Positions 25,394 to 35,758 of a stretch of 63,605 bases of DNA are shown here, in pieces (position 1 is the first letter of the stretch; each line of letters starts with the position of its first letter). Source of the DNA: Trypethelium eluteriae (taxonomy: Eukaryota); assembly GCA_051942245.1 (NCBI GenBank), contig JAVECL010000067.1:1-63605 (forward strand). The letters run 5' to 3'. The notes beneath the pieces are model-generated. The model did not search any database. It was not told the origin of the DNA and worked only from the letters and a program-made list of their open reading frames with translations. The position numbers and the translations under genes were made by a program.

Positions 25394-26449
25394 GTTGTAT
25401 TGCTTGGGTGTGGATGTAGGTGTAGGTAAAGGCTCTGCAGCTTTTGTATGGAATGAGTCGAAATATTGAAGGGCCGATTATAATTGTAGGTATCTATTCA
25501 GCGAATTGAGGAACAAATAAAAAAGCTAGGCAGGCGCTCATTATCGGCTGTGCTTTGATGCTGGGTGAGTCATCTAACCGTCTAAACGTACCTAAGGTAG
25601 GTACCCGCATGAACTTGTAGATCTAATATACGCGGACATCCGTCAATCTTGCAAACACAGCCTTAGTTTGTACCACATACCGCACCGCCTGTTCTATGCA
25701 CAGTCTTACTAGGACCGAATGCGGAAGACCATCTTGAGAGAGTACCTCCGAAAATCCAGCCAATCGATACATTCATCTACTTATTTTTGTTGATCCGGGA
25801 TTTGCATTCGTTCTGTACAGGTTCCTTTGCGTCATACCCAGCAACTTTGAATGACAGATATCTTCGGTCCCCATCCGCTGTCCCTGGCACCGGAGTGTCA
25901 AAGCTCCCCGCCAATCAATTAGACACCAGCTTGCCCTTTCAATCTAGCTTGCAGTGGCCATAAAACCCTCTGTCTTGTTGTGGGACCAACGAAAAGGCCA
26001 ACATATCAAAGATCTACGCAATCTAAGTCTACGTCTGCTGACTGAATGCGGCACTGAGATGTATTCACACGGCTGAAAGAGGCGATAATGACGAACACAT
26101 CAACTTCCCCTAAAGTAACTTTCTTGACCTCGACGAATGGGCAATGGCTCAACTTGCTGTGCCGATCCAGATCATGTCTATATTCTCAGAATATGCAGCT
26201 GGAAACGTTGATCTTATGATGCCCCAATACGAAGCAGCATACCAGGCAACAGCTAGAGAATGAAACATGCTTTCACTGCCTCCACGTAAATCGGTGTCAG
26301 TCTCTGTCTTGTAGCTGAGAGGACCTGCAAGGTAGAGACAGTATTAATGAGCGATCGATGGCCACCTTCTCGTCAACAGAGGCATCAATCTCGCTCTCCC
26401 CACGACTCTATCCAATAACCAAGGTTTCAATTACATACCTTCTCCAAAA

Positions 26450-27423
26450 ATGTATTTATCAAAAACTCACTCCCTTGCGCTTCTCATAGCAGTGGCTCGC
26501 GCTAGTCGATTCCTCAACCACCCATCTCATGTCCTCCGCCGCAACCCACCCACGCCTTCTGCATACCCGCTAGGCGATGCCTGCGGCCACGAGTGGCAGT
26601 ACCTCAATTTCAACCCGGACGACGACACTGATGAGGCACATCTCCGGACACTCCACGACATCATCTGTGGTGACGAAATGCGGGCCATCTCCAGTTATGG
26701 CCAATTCTCAGCTCAGGATGTTCTTGCGCCCTATAAGCGATATTTTCCGGAGAGCGATGAAGAAGACGACTTCCAGACCCATGTCAAAGATGTTCTGGGC
26801 CTAATTGCAGGTATGAGCGATACTGACGGGGCAATTGGAAGCATCGTTGGAACGTTTGTGGTTGATAACCTTGGTGAGTTCCACTTCGATTGTGTATTCT
26901 TTTTCTGCAAGCTTCATTAATGCATTCGGCAGACTTCGGCGCGAACGATGGAGACGGCACCAACTGCGCTGAGGAGGGCACCCTAGCCTACACTCTCACC
27001 GACCAACTCGATAAGCGCGAGAAGATCCATTTCTGCGACCCCTCGTGGACTCGTGGAAGCGCCGGCGACGTCGACTGTGCTTCCTTGGACCCCTATCCGA
27101 GCACGAAGATGGACTCCTTCTCGCGCATCGCCCTACACGAAATGATGCACTACAGCTCCGTTGGCCCTCAGACGTCCTTGAAGGAACAGATTGTAGACGT
27201 GAAGAACGAAGATTTGCAGCCTGCGTATGACCCCCCACGTGTACATGGCCTGCTTGACCCAGCGCAAGATGACAATCCTGCTCCTACAGAAATCAATGCC
27301 GATAGCTATGCTTGGATGTCGCTGGACGCGTGGATTAGTCGCAAGTGCTCGAAAGATGCGGAGGGCAATGATTGGGCGTCGTTTTTCACTCAGAACCCAC
27401 CGCCCTATGAGCATGAGGAGTGA
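26450..27423 (+). CDS. Secreted zinc metalloprotease, M35/aspzincin-like (HEXXH + D)
   Basis: Signal peptide and dibasic RR after a short pro-segment. Intron 26874-26932 (GTGAGT...CAG) joins the two ORFs in frame. IHFCDP, ALHEMMHY, IVD and NADSYAW motifs. Confidence 0.85.
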
Positions 27424-27799
27424 GCCTGGTTTTTCCTGTAGCACAGTAGAAGAACAAACAGAGTCCGAATCAAGTATACTTGAGATACATTCTCAGCCAA
27501 ACGGAGACAGAGAATGAAGAGATCTTTCCAGCGATACGGGGCAGGAGGCTGTAGAGTAAGCCTTCTTTCTCGAGACTTATTCTTGGAGCGGCTCTTTGAA
27601 AGCCCGAAACAGCACTGTATAGCTTTTAATAAGAGCAAAAAAGGCGAGCCTTCCTGACCTTAGTATCATCTAATAGTAGGGAGCTAAAGAAAAGATGATG
27701 GAGGGAGCGATGGAGGAAGCGATGGAGGGGAGGACGAGAGTAAATGCGGCAATGCGCGCTAATCCGATTCGAACTAGGCGCACTCTACGTCCGACTAAT

Positions 27800-28036
27800 A
27801 AATGTCCGATTTTGACACGGACCACCCCACCCCAAAACCTCTGATATGAACCAATTTGGTTTTTAGATATTTGCTTATTTCGCTACTAGCTCTGCGAAAT
27901 TTATACAGCCTTCTATAATAGCTATCATATAGACAAGATAAGAGGTGCAGGAGGTGCAGGAGGTGTAGGAGGTGTAGGAGCTGCGGAAGCAAAGGAGGTT
28001 TTGGAGTGTGGTGGCCCGTGTCAAAATCGGACATTT
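27800..28036. mobile_element. MITE / non-autonomous DNA transposon with ~41-bp imperfect TIRs
   Basis: AAATGTCCGATTTTGACACGGACCACCCCACCCCAAAACCT (27800-27840) pairs with AGGTTTTGGAGTGTGGTGGCCCGTGTCAAAATCGGACATTT (27996-28036). Internal 9-bp repeat GGAGGTGYA, about 4 copies. No clear TSD found. Confidence 0.8.
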
Positions 28037-28423
28037 CTTGGTCTGAAGCAGAGGGTGGTCAGCGCGTCCGCCACGCTAGTGGCAGTTGCCTTGAGATAAA
28101 ATAAGTATCACATTCAATTATTGGCTTGCAGCGCTGACTGGGTACAAGGAATTGAGGTAGCTGCACCTGCAGTGCCTATTGTAGCTTTGATAGGGCACGG
28201 TGGGGCCGTAGCAATAGGGGAACCTCAGCCTCGGACCCAGCTTGTCCTGCTTCATATCAGCTCCTGGCCGATCGCGTTAAGTTAATGCTACCCCGGAAGG
28301 TTCGCGCTGCAAGTGGCGCTACCATAATGGAAGTCTTGCTTTTTATTGTTTGCCTGCTTTGGTCTCAGCTAACTGGACTGTACTGCCTTCTTCACCGGCT
28401 TGCTGCGACGCAACCAATAATCC

Positions 28424-28494
28424 TGTAATTAGCATGTACCACATGGCAGCCCCTATTTTTCTGTCATATAGAAAAGCTTTGCACGCTCTGAAAA
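28424..28494 (+). repeat. 71-bp direct repeat, copy 2, in the upstream region of the NACHT NLR
   Basis: Matches 24080-24150. Lies about 165 bp before the ATG at 28659 and contains a TATA-like TATAGAAAA. Confidence 0.9.
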
Positions 28495-28658
28495 GATCTA
28501 ATGCAATATCACACTGTACCTTCATCATTATCGCTGTCGGGAAGTCAGAAGCCTCCCTCCGATATAGGATATCTGAACGTCGATTAGGTTTCTCCACTGT
28601 CTCTTCCATATCTTCGCTGTGTCTTCTGAAATAGAACTTCTCCGCAGATCGTCCAATT

Positions 28659-31600
28659 ATGGCTTCCCAAGACAAAAGGCTCGAAGTCAATTTTGAGGAA
28701 ATGTGGGAGCAGGCTGCAAAAAAATTTGAGCAGAAGACAAGCAAGAATCTCAGGGGCTCCAGGGACCGGAGTCTCGAGGAAGCAATTGGTGTCCTTCGGG
28801 AGAAGTTCGATGCACAAGACCCCGACTCGGGCGGCAGGCAGCAACGCATCAAGGAATTGGCTACAAATGTACTAAAGTTTATCCAACTACTTGGTGGCAT
28901 TGCTGCTCAGGGTGCTTCCATGGTTTTTGGTCCTGCTACTCTTTGCTTCAATGCGGTGCAGTTTCTGATGGATATTCCCGCTAAAATCTCCAAATTTTAC
29001 GCCGACCTTGAGCAGCTCTTTGGAAAGATTTCGACATTCCTTACACAATTCAAGATATTTCGTCGGATTGAGCAGTTTCCGGAAGTTGACATGGATCTCA
29101 AAGAATGCGTCAACCAAGTTTTAGTTACATTCGTTGATGCCTTGGCCATTTCCATTAACATATTAGGCGCCTCAAAATGGAAACATGTCGTACATATAAG
29201 CAAATTAGTCCTCTTTGACCACGATTCGGGAATCCATGACACACTAAAGGAATTCGAGCGACTGACTCTCAATCAAAGTAGAGTGATAGACGGCGTCACG
29301 CTGGAAAATGTTTTGGAATCAAAGCATGGAATAGACATGCTGAAACAGAGCGCGGATATACAGAGCGAAATGATGAAAGAAAACTCCTGGAAACTTGATA
29401 ACATTTACGAAGGCGTGCTTGTGACAAAGGACATGATGCTTGATGCTACCAATGACCGAAGAAAAAGGGCACAGGGCAGAGAGCAGATAGATTTGATTTG
29501 CGAAAAGCTGGATACCACGAGAGATCGAGCTCTTGAGTCGGAAAAAGCTTTCCAGCAAACTCGCGCACAAGTTTTCAAAGATACTGGAGATTGGCTGGAA
29601 ACTATTGATTCTTACCAGAAATGGGTCGATCTTGAGTCTGATGCAAATTCAGTGCTCGTGCTTAGCGGTGACAATGGCTGCGGCAAGACTTACCTCGCTT
29701 CTGCTATCCTCGATAGTCAGAGAAACTATTACGAAATACAAGATACGAAGTCGAAGAGGGTAACAGTCGCTTGTTATAGCTTTGACAAAAATGACAAGCC
29801 TTCTCGAGAGAGCTCCAGTAAGAATACGCGTCAACCTGTCATGGCTTTGAAATCAATGGCGTTGCAAATAGCGACCAGAGATAACGTCTACGCGCAACGA
29901 TTGTTCACTTATTTGAAGCCAAAAGATCCTTCTTTTTTGAGAGATGTGGTAGCCAAGGATCTTATAAATGAGCTTTTTCCTCCTCCGAACATGGAAGATA
30001 CTGCAGATTTTGGTTTCATATTGATTCTCGATGGCTTGGATCAGCTCGCACTCGAGGACGCACGTCAATTAACGACGTCGGTTCTTGCAATCAGATCACC
30101 CAAGGTACGAGTCGTGATCACTGCAACAGAGAAAACTCTAGAAGATTGCTCGGAAGAGTCTTCAGAGAACTTTAAGTTGGTTCCGAAGATCCGCGTCTCG
30201 GAATACAATAACGCAGATATTCAAAGACACATCGAGTCCGAGCTCAATTCCAAAGAGGACCTAAATAGTGAGGAGCCATCAATATTGAGAATAGTAGGCC
30301 TAATTCGAGAGCAACTTCCCAAGATCGCAAATGGGAATTTCAATAACGTCAAACAAGTCATTAGCAACGTTGCAAAGGCAGTCGCATCGGAAGAAGACGT
30401 AAAAGACATTGAAGAATGCATCAGCGTGGAAAATCTTGAAGATAGAGATGAGAAAATAAGAAGAATCATCAGCGAGCTGAGTACTTCACTCAATGCTCAG
30501 GAGATTGAACAACTCAATGAGCTCCTTTTGTGGACAATTTATGGTATAAGGTGGATGTCAGTGGATGAGATGCGCGCAGCCGTGTTGCAGCGCACTAAAA
30601 GAGCGCCACATCAGAAGCTCGAAAGAAAAATTAGACAAAAGTACAACAAGATCCTTGAAGTGGATGGTGACAATGATATTGTCGTCAGAGATTGGGGTTT
30701 TTGCGAGTTTTTCGAGAGCTCGAAATGGAGAAGACACGAGGAGGAACTAGAAAAGAATGCAGAACCGACAATCTCTATGACAATTCGTCTCAACAATGTC
30801 GAGCTTCCGAAAGCCCAGAGGTTTTTCTGGGATTTGAGTGAAAAGATGATGTTCGATAAATTCTCGTTCGCCACTCCCTCGACTGATTTTCGAAAGGTTG
30901 TAATTAGCGCAAACCCGGCTGAATCACATCTGACTCTCACAAATCGGTGCCTTTCTATACTGCTGGATGATGTGACAGAAGAAAATAAGGTACTCGGGCG
31001 GTATGCGGTGTCTCATTTACCGTCTCATCTCCGTGAGCTTCGAAATGAGACGAATCTTGCCTCTTTGACGCTGGCAGAAAAACAACAGATTGTTCGCAAT
31101 CTAGTCAGCTTACTCCGATCAGCGGAGTGCTTCGAAAGACATTTGAATGAAGGCTTTCTCCACGGCCATCACTGGGTGAACGATGACTTTGCTCCAAATG
31201 CGGTACAGGAATGGCTAAGAGACTTCGACGCGATCGGTCAGCTCAGCCGCAGTGATCGAGCATGGGTGGAAAGCAACACTTGTGGTCATCCACTACTACC
31301 TCTACAAGGTCTTGCGACGATGGTAGCTCGTCACTGGCTGTGTGAGAGGATTTGGACCCCTGAATCCTTATTTTCATGGATTGACGGTTTTATTGAGCAG
31401 AAGCTAGTTAGCCAAGATAAGGCAGAAAACGAAGAGTCGGAGAGCAAGGATCCTGCTGAGCACGACTCTGAAGAAATGACAGCCGGTGATGAGCCTAAGC
31501 CAAACGTAACGATAGAACAGAAGTCTCCGAGTGCACGGGTCCGAAGAGCGGTTGAATGGGTTGAAAAGGAGATTAAAGATGTTGCAAAGAACTCCTTGTG

Positions 31601-33329
31601 GCATGAAAGACTTGGGGCAACCTATCTCCGGATTTCTGAGCCTGGGCTCGCAAAGGAAGCATTTCTGAACGCCAAAAATCGACCTGAGTGCTCTTGGAGG
31701 GTATCTGAAGGCCTTGCTCAAGCATATGATGCACAGGACGATAAGAAGGAAGCAGTCAGAGAAATGGAAAATGCATTTGCGTACCTGAGGGCGAAAAATG
31801 ATTTGAGCGAAGATGAGAGAGAGGATTTTATTGCAGATCTCCTCAAATCGGCAGACTGGCAGACGGAGCTCCACAATACAACGGGAGCAACAGAGAGGTT
31901 GGCAGAAGCTGTTGGATTAGATCCGCTTTCTTATCCAAGTTATTATCGACTTCTTGCGTTATACATGGAAAGCGGACAGGGATCAATGGCCATTGCTGTC
32001 CTCAAAGATATGAGTGCGCAGCCATCTGCTGAGAAAACTCTCACTCGGCTTGGATCGATGATGTTAGAATTTTCGAATTGGGACGAGCCGCAAGACTGCT
32101 TTGAAACATTGTTTCGTATCAGCAAACATGACGAAATGTTCTTTGTAGTCCTAGAAACGTTACAGGCTGCGCTCACGTTTGCACAAAACAGCAATAAAAA
32201 TTCTCATGTGGTCGATCTGCTTATTTCACATGGGGTCGCTCTAGCTCGTCACAGTGACGAAGAAAAAAATTTGGAGCTGGCCTTGGCACGGTGGATGGAC
32301 TGCTGCAAGATAGGCTTCCAATCCAACTATTGGAAGGAAATCTTCAGCGGTATCTGGGCAGCTAGATATGTTTTCAATTATCACTTCTCAAATGCGCGAT
32401 CCACATCAAGCCTGAGCAACGAGTTCAGAAACCACATGGTCGAGCTGGAAGAGTTGACCAAGAAAGCGGGAACAAATCCTCTCGCTGCACAGCCGCTTCG
32501 TCTGTCGCTTGCCAGTTTTTACAGTTTGGCAGGCGAGCAGGAGCAGGCACGGAACTTGCTGTTAAACGATATGAAGGTCGGATTTGATCTGTTGTGTGAC
32601 GACGATCCGAAAAACGACTACTATGCGTATGGCCAGATAGCGAACATACTGATGCATGTGGGAGACGATCTTAACTCTCTAAGCGCATGGTCCCTATTTG
32701 GTCCTGACGAAAGATATCATGACCAAGAGGACGGCTCTCCATCCCAGCCTCAAAGCTCGTCTGACAAGGAAATCCTTGATGGGACAGGGAACTCCGGAGA
32801 AGTTCAAGGAGGACAAGTGGAGCAACCCTCCTTGGAAAAAGATCTTGATAAAGACAACGCATCTTCAGAAGCTGGGAAATCCGAGGAGGAAGAGGAATCT
32901 GTCCCAGCAAGTGCAGCCCCAAAGAAGAAACGGAAAGACTCCATGCCTTTTCGCTGCGATGGACGCTGCCAAAACTCCTGGACTTACCAGGATAGCATTT
33001 GGTTTTGCAAGGTGTGCGACGATGTCCAATTTGACGACCAATGTCTTCAAAAACTGCAGAACGGGACGCTGAAACGCTTTGTCTGTAGCCGAGACCACTC
33101 ATGGCTTCGAGTACCTTCCTGGGTAGAAGAATTTGAGATGACAGGGAAAGGCCACGTCCGGATGGGCGGTGAATTACAGGACGGGAAGCGCGCTGGCGGG
33201 CAGATCGTGCCTGTCGCTGAGTGGGAGGATGCGATTCGTGAGAAATGGGGCATCGAAAAGCCTTCGCGGGAGCCTTCGATAGAAGCAAATCCGGAGAACG
33301 GCGGGAATGTTGGGGCAAGTCTTACGTGA
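28659..33329 (+). CDS. Intact fungal NLR: Goodbye-like N-terminal domain - NACHT - TPR - degenerate ZZ-like zinc finger
   Basis: Uninterrupted 1556-aa ORF. N-terminus MWEQAAKKFEQKT...IQLLGGIAAQGASMVFGPATLCFNAV resembles the STAND Goodbye domain. Walker A GDNGCGKT, Walker B LILDGLDQ, helical TPR-like region, and C-terminal CDGRC...CKVC...C...CSRDH. Confidence 0.9.
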   Translation: MASQDKRLEVNFEEMWEQAAKKFEQKTSKNLRGSRDRSLEEAIGVLREKFDAQDPDSGGRQQRIKELATNVLKFIQLLGGIAAQGASMVFGPATLCFNAVQFLMDIPAKISKFYADLEQLFGKISTFLTQFKIFRRIEQFPEVDMDLKECVNQVLVTFVDALAISINILGASKWKHVVHISKLVLFDHDSGIHDTLKEFERLTLNQSRVIDGVTLENVLESKHGIDMLKQSADIQSEMMKENSWKLDNIYEGVLVTKDMMLDATNDRRKRAQGREQIDLICEKLDTTRDRALESEKAFQQTRAQVFKDTGDWLETIDSYQKWVDLESDANSVLVLSGDNGCGKTYLASAILDSQRNYYEIQDTKSKRVTVACYSFDKNDKPSRESSSKNTRQPVMALKSMALQIATRDNVYAQRLFTYLKPKDPSFLRDVVAKDLINELFPPPNMEDTADFGFILILDGLDQLALEDARQLTTSVLAIRSPKVRVVITATEKTLEDCSEESSENFKLVPKIRVSEYNNADIQRHIESELNSKEDLNSEEPSILRIVGLIREQLPKIANGNFNNVKQVISNVAKAVASEEDVKDIEECISVENLEDRDEKIRRIISELSTSLNAQEIEQLNELLLWTIYGIRWMSVDEMRAAVLQRTKRAPHQKLERKIRQKYNKILEVDGDNDIVVRDWGFCEFFESSKWRRHEEELEKNAEPTISMTIRLNNVELPKAQRFFWDLSEKMMFDKFSFATPSTDFRKVVISANPAESHLTLTNRCLSILLDDVTEENKVLGRYAVSHLPSHLRELRNETNLASLTLAEKQQIVRNLVSLLRSAECFERHLNEGFLHGHHWVNDDFAPNAVQEWLRDFDAIGQLSRSDRAWVESNTCGHPLLPLQGLATMVARHWLCERIWTPESLFSWIDGFIEQKLVSQDKAENEESESKDPAEHDSEEMTAGDEPKPNVTIEQKSPSARVRRAVEWVEKEIKDVAKNSLWHERLGATYLRISEPGLAKEAFLNAKNRPECSWRVSEGLAQAYDAQDDKKEAVREMENAFAYLRAKNDLSEDEREDFIADLLKSADWQTELHNTTGATERLAEAVGLDPLSYPSYYRLLALYMESGQGSMAIAVLKDMSAQPSAEKTLTRLGSMMLEFSNWDEPQDCFETLFRISKHDEMFFVVLETLQAALTFAQNSNKNSHVVDLLISHGVALARHSDEEKNLELALARWMDCCKIGFQSNYWKEIFSGIWAARYVFNYHFSNARSTSSLSNEFRNHMVELEELTKKAGTNPLAAQPLRLSLASFYSLAGEQEQARNLLLNDMKVGFDLLCDDDPKNDYYAYGQIANILMHVGDDLNSLSAWSLFGPDERYHDQEDGSPSQPQSSSDKEILDGTGNSGEVQGGQVEQPSLEKDLDKDNASSEAGKSEEEEESVPASAAPKKKRKDSMPFRCDGRCQNSWTYQDSIWFCKVCDDVQFDDQCLQKLQNGTLKRFVCSRDHSWLRVPSWVEEFEMTGKGHVRMGGELQDGKRAGGQIVPVAEWEDAIREKWGIEKPSREPSIEANPENGGNVGASLT

Positions 33330-34510
33330 ATAGCGTTGCAGTTATCTAACTTTAAGATGTGTCTTCAGTGACTTTGTTGATTCATTTTGTGTATTGTGAC
33401 ACCACCTGGGTAATCTATGTTTCGGTGAATTAATTACCAATTTTATCCTTTAAGAAAATTATCCCGATTTGGGTCCACTTTTGTCCCAACGGGGTAGGAG
33501 TACGTAGCGTTTATATTATCTGATCTTTCTTAATCCCACCGTCTTTCTCTGAGTATGTGGTAACCATGTATCCAGAATAGGTATCTTCTAGAGCTCAACT
33601 TCCAACGCCTCCTGCTCTATTCGCACCCACGCTCTCCTTAGTAGCTTCTTTTCCCTGCGCCCTGAAACTTTCTGCGCTGCAGCGACAGACCTCGACATCG
33701 GCCTACGTGACGACTGCGCATCAATCAAAGCAAAGTTTGAGAGGATAGTGTCTGTGGGTTGCTCAAAGGTATCAATCGATACGGTCGTGATGCTTGGCTG
33801 AGAGTGTTGATGGCTTTGTGGTGTGGCTATGAATCCGTCCTCATCCGTCCTCGAGCCAGCCGGCCCTTAGATCAGTAAAATGGCGAAATCCTATAGTGTT
33901 TCATCGTTAAGCAGGGCGTATTGTGTTCTGTGCTGGTGCTGGAGATTAGCCTGAAGTATCTTCGAAGGCTTACCTTCCATTTAGTATTCTGTTCGGAGTT
34001 TGTTTCTGACGGATTGGACACGATCGAGCTCGGCTATGGTGGTTCCCCAAGCAATTGCAGCATCTTGGAGTGTTAACACAGCTTACGGCATTATAACCCA
34101 GCTCGCTGTGATTCAGGCATTATTCCGAGTTCTTATAATTCCGCGCCATATAGTTGAATTCGCTGCATTTCCCATATTGCGAAGCCTGTGACTTAAAGAA
34201 CTCTACTGTGTAGGTTAATACCCCTTGGATCGTAATATAGCCTTTGCGTAGGAGGCGCTCTTTCTCCTCCTACGTCAAGCAAATCAGTACTAGCTTCGCT
34301 GTCGGGCGATCTGATGGCGGACTGAGGAGCCGGATTGTCTGGATGGCGAGCCCATTCTCTTCGTTTGTCTGATCCAAAGTGTTTTTCGCAACGTCCTCTC
34401 TTTGGTCGGGATCTCCAATCTCATGTCTGTTCACATCTGTGACCTTGAATATGACTCTAACTACGTCTAGAGATGGTACTTCATTATGATCTCAGATGAC
34501 CGTAGCAGCC

Positions 34511-35758
34511 TCATAGGGCAGTTTTTGGTTCGACTTGAGAGTATTTTAGCGCAGCTCGCACCTTCATACCAATACCCTTCAGTCGATGACACGGCTCGTT
34601 GGAGAATACGAATCTAATAAAATGTTCTCCGTGAACTTCTCCCCAACCAGTCATCGGAGTGACATATACCCCTTCTTCCATCAATGCACTTGATGCTTCC
34701 TTTCCGTTTTCAACCCGAAGGACAAAAGACCAACCCCCAGCTGGAATGCCCACTGGGAGACCCGTTAGCTCCTCCATCAAGAGATCTCGTCTGGCTTGGA
34801 GCTCCTTGGTGAACTCGAGGCAATCCTTGTCAGAGTCTTCTAGGGCTGCTTGTGCTGCTTTTTGAGCGATTCCAACAGGAACAACAACGTTTGCCATTCC
34901 CACTAGCTGAATATCGGACATCGCCCACATTGGTCCAACGACCCAGCCTACGCGCCATCCGATTAGACGTAGCTCCTTCGATGCGCTTCCGATGGTAATA
35001 GTCCTTTGTTCCATTCCAGGAATTGAAGCAGGATGGACGACTGACCGATTTTCGAAGACGAGTCGTTCGAATGCAGCATCATAGATAAGTAGGAGATCAC
35101 GGGAGATGCAGACATCCGCCACAGCTTGCCAGTCCTCTTCATCCAAGTACGCCCCAGATGGCAGCGCAGGTGAGCTTAACAGAAAGGCTGTGATCCATAT
35201 GCCATCTCTGTTCCGCGAGGACTCGATGAATTGCAGCAGCTTCTCGCGTGGAAACCTCCAGAAGTTGCCAGCGTGGAATTCCAATGGTAGGAGGACGGGA
35301 ATAGCTCCGACGAGTTTCACACGATTGATGAGTCCAACATAAGTCGGATCAGTCATAAGAACACCTTCTCCAGGCTCGACAGTGGCAAATAGCGTATTTA
35401 GGACTCCAGAGAGTCCACCAGCTGTGATGACGCAATTTTTCTCGCCAGAGTACTGCGTAACGTCTCCAGTCATTCGAGACACATGAGCTGCCGCAGCTTT
35501 ACGAAGGCCAAGCTGGCCAATAAATGGCAGATAACTATTGTCTTCTTTACTTGATATAGCCGTGGCCGTAACTTCGAGGGCGATAGGATGGGGAGGAACG
35601 TCGGTGTCAAGGTTTTCCATCCTGAGCGGCCTGTCGTTCTGCTCTCTTACCTTTAACGTTGTGTCCGACGACGCTTCCTTCTGAGCCGCCAGTGTGCCCA
35701 TGCGATCAACACCAATCCCAGTCAGCGACTGCACTCTGGTAGTACGTCGCCGGGCCAT
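34511..35758 (-). CDS. PLP-dependent aminotransferase class I/II (aspartate aminotransferase-like), intronless
   Basis: YLPFIGQLGLRKAAA, VITAGG, DPTY, PALPSG, IYDAAF, PLP-lysine motif IGSASKELRLIGWRVGW, and FIRFVFS. Confidence 0.9.
   Translation of the reverse strand: MARRRTTRVQSLTGIGVDRMGTLAAQKEASSDTTLKVREQNDRPLRMENLDTDVPPHPIALEVTATAISSKEDNSYLPFIGQLGLRKAAAAHVSRMTGDVTQYSGEKNCVITAGGLSGVLNTLFATVEPGEGVLMTDPTYVGLINRVKLVGAIPVLLPLEFHAGNFWRFPREKLLQFIESSRNRDGIWITAFLLSSPALPSGAYLDEEDWQAVADVCISRDLLLIYDAAFERLVFENRSVVHPASIPGMEQRTITIGSASKELRLIGWRVGWVVGPMWAMSDIQLVGMANVVVPVGIAQKAAQAALEDSDKDCLEFTKELQARRDLLMEELTGLPVGIPAGGWSFVLRVENGKEASSALMEEGVYVTPMTGWGEVHGEHFIRFVFSNEPCHRLKGIGMKVRAALKYSQVEPKTAL

Noticed and set aside
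28659..28900. NLR amyloid signalling motif (HET-s/PP/sigma type) with an adjacent HeLo effector
   Set aside because: The NLR N-termini are PNP, Goodbye-like or NWD-N-like. I saw no N/Q/G-rich amyloid motif and no matching C-terminal motif in neighbouring genes.
33420..33500. Possible Tc1/mariner-like terminus (reverse strand TACCCCGTTGGGACAAAAGT), loosely similar to 46427
   Set aside because: No matching partner TIR was found and the similarity is too weak.
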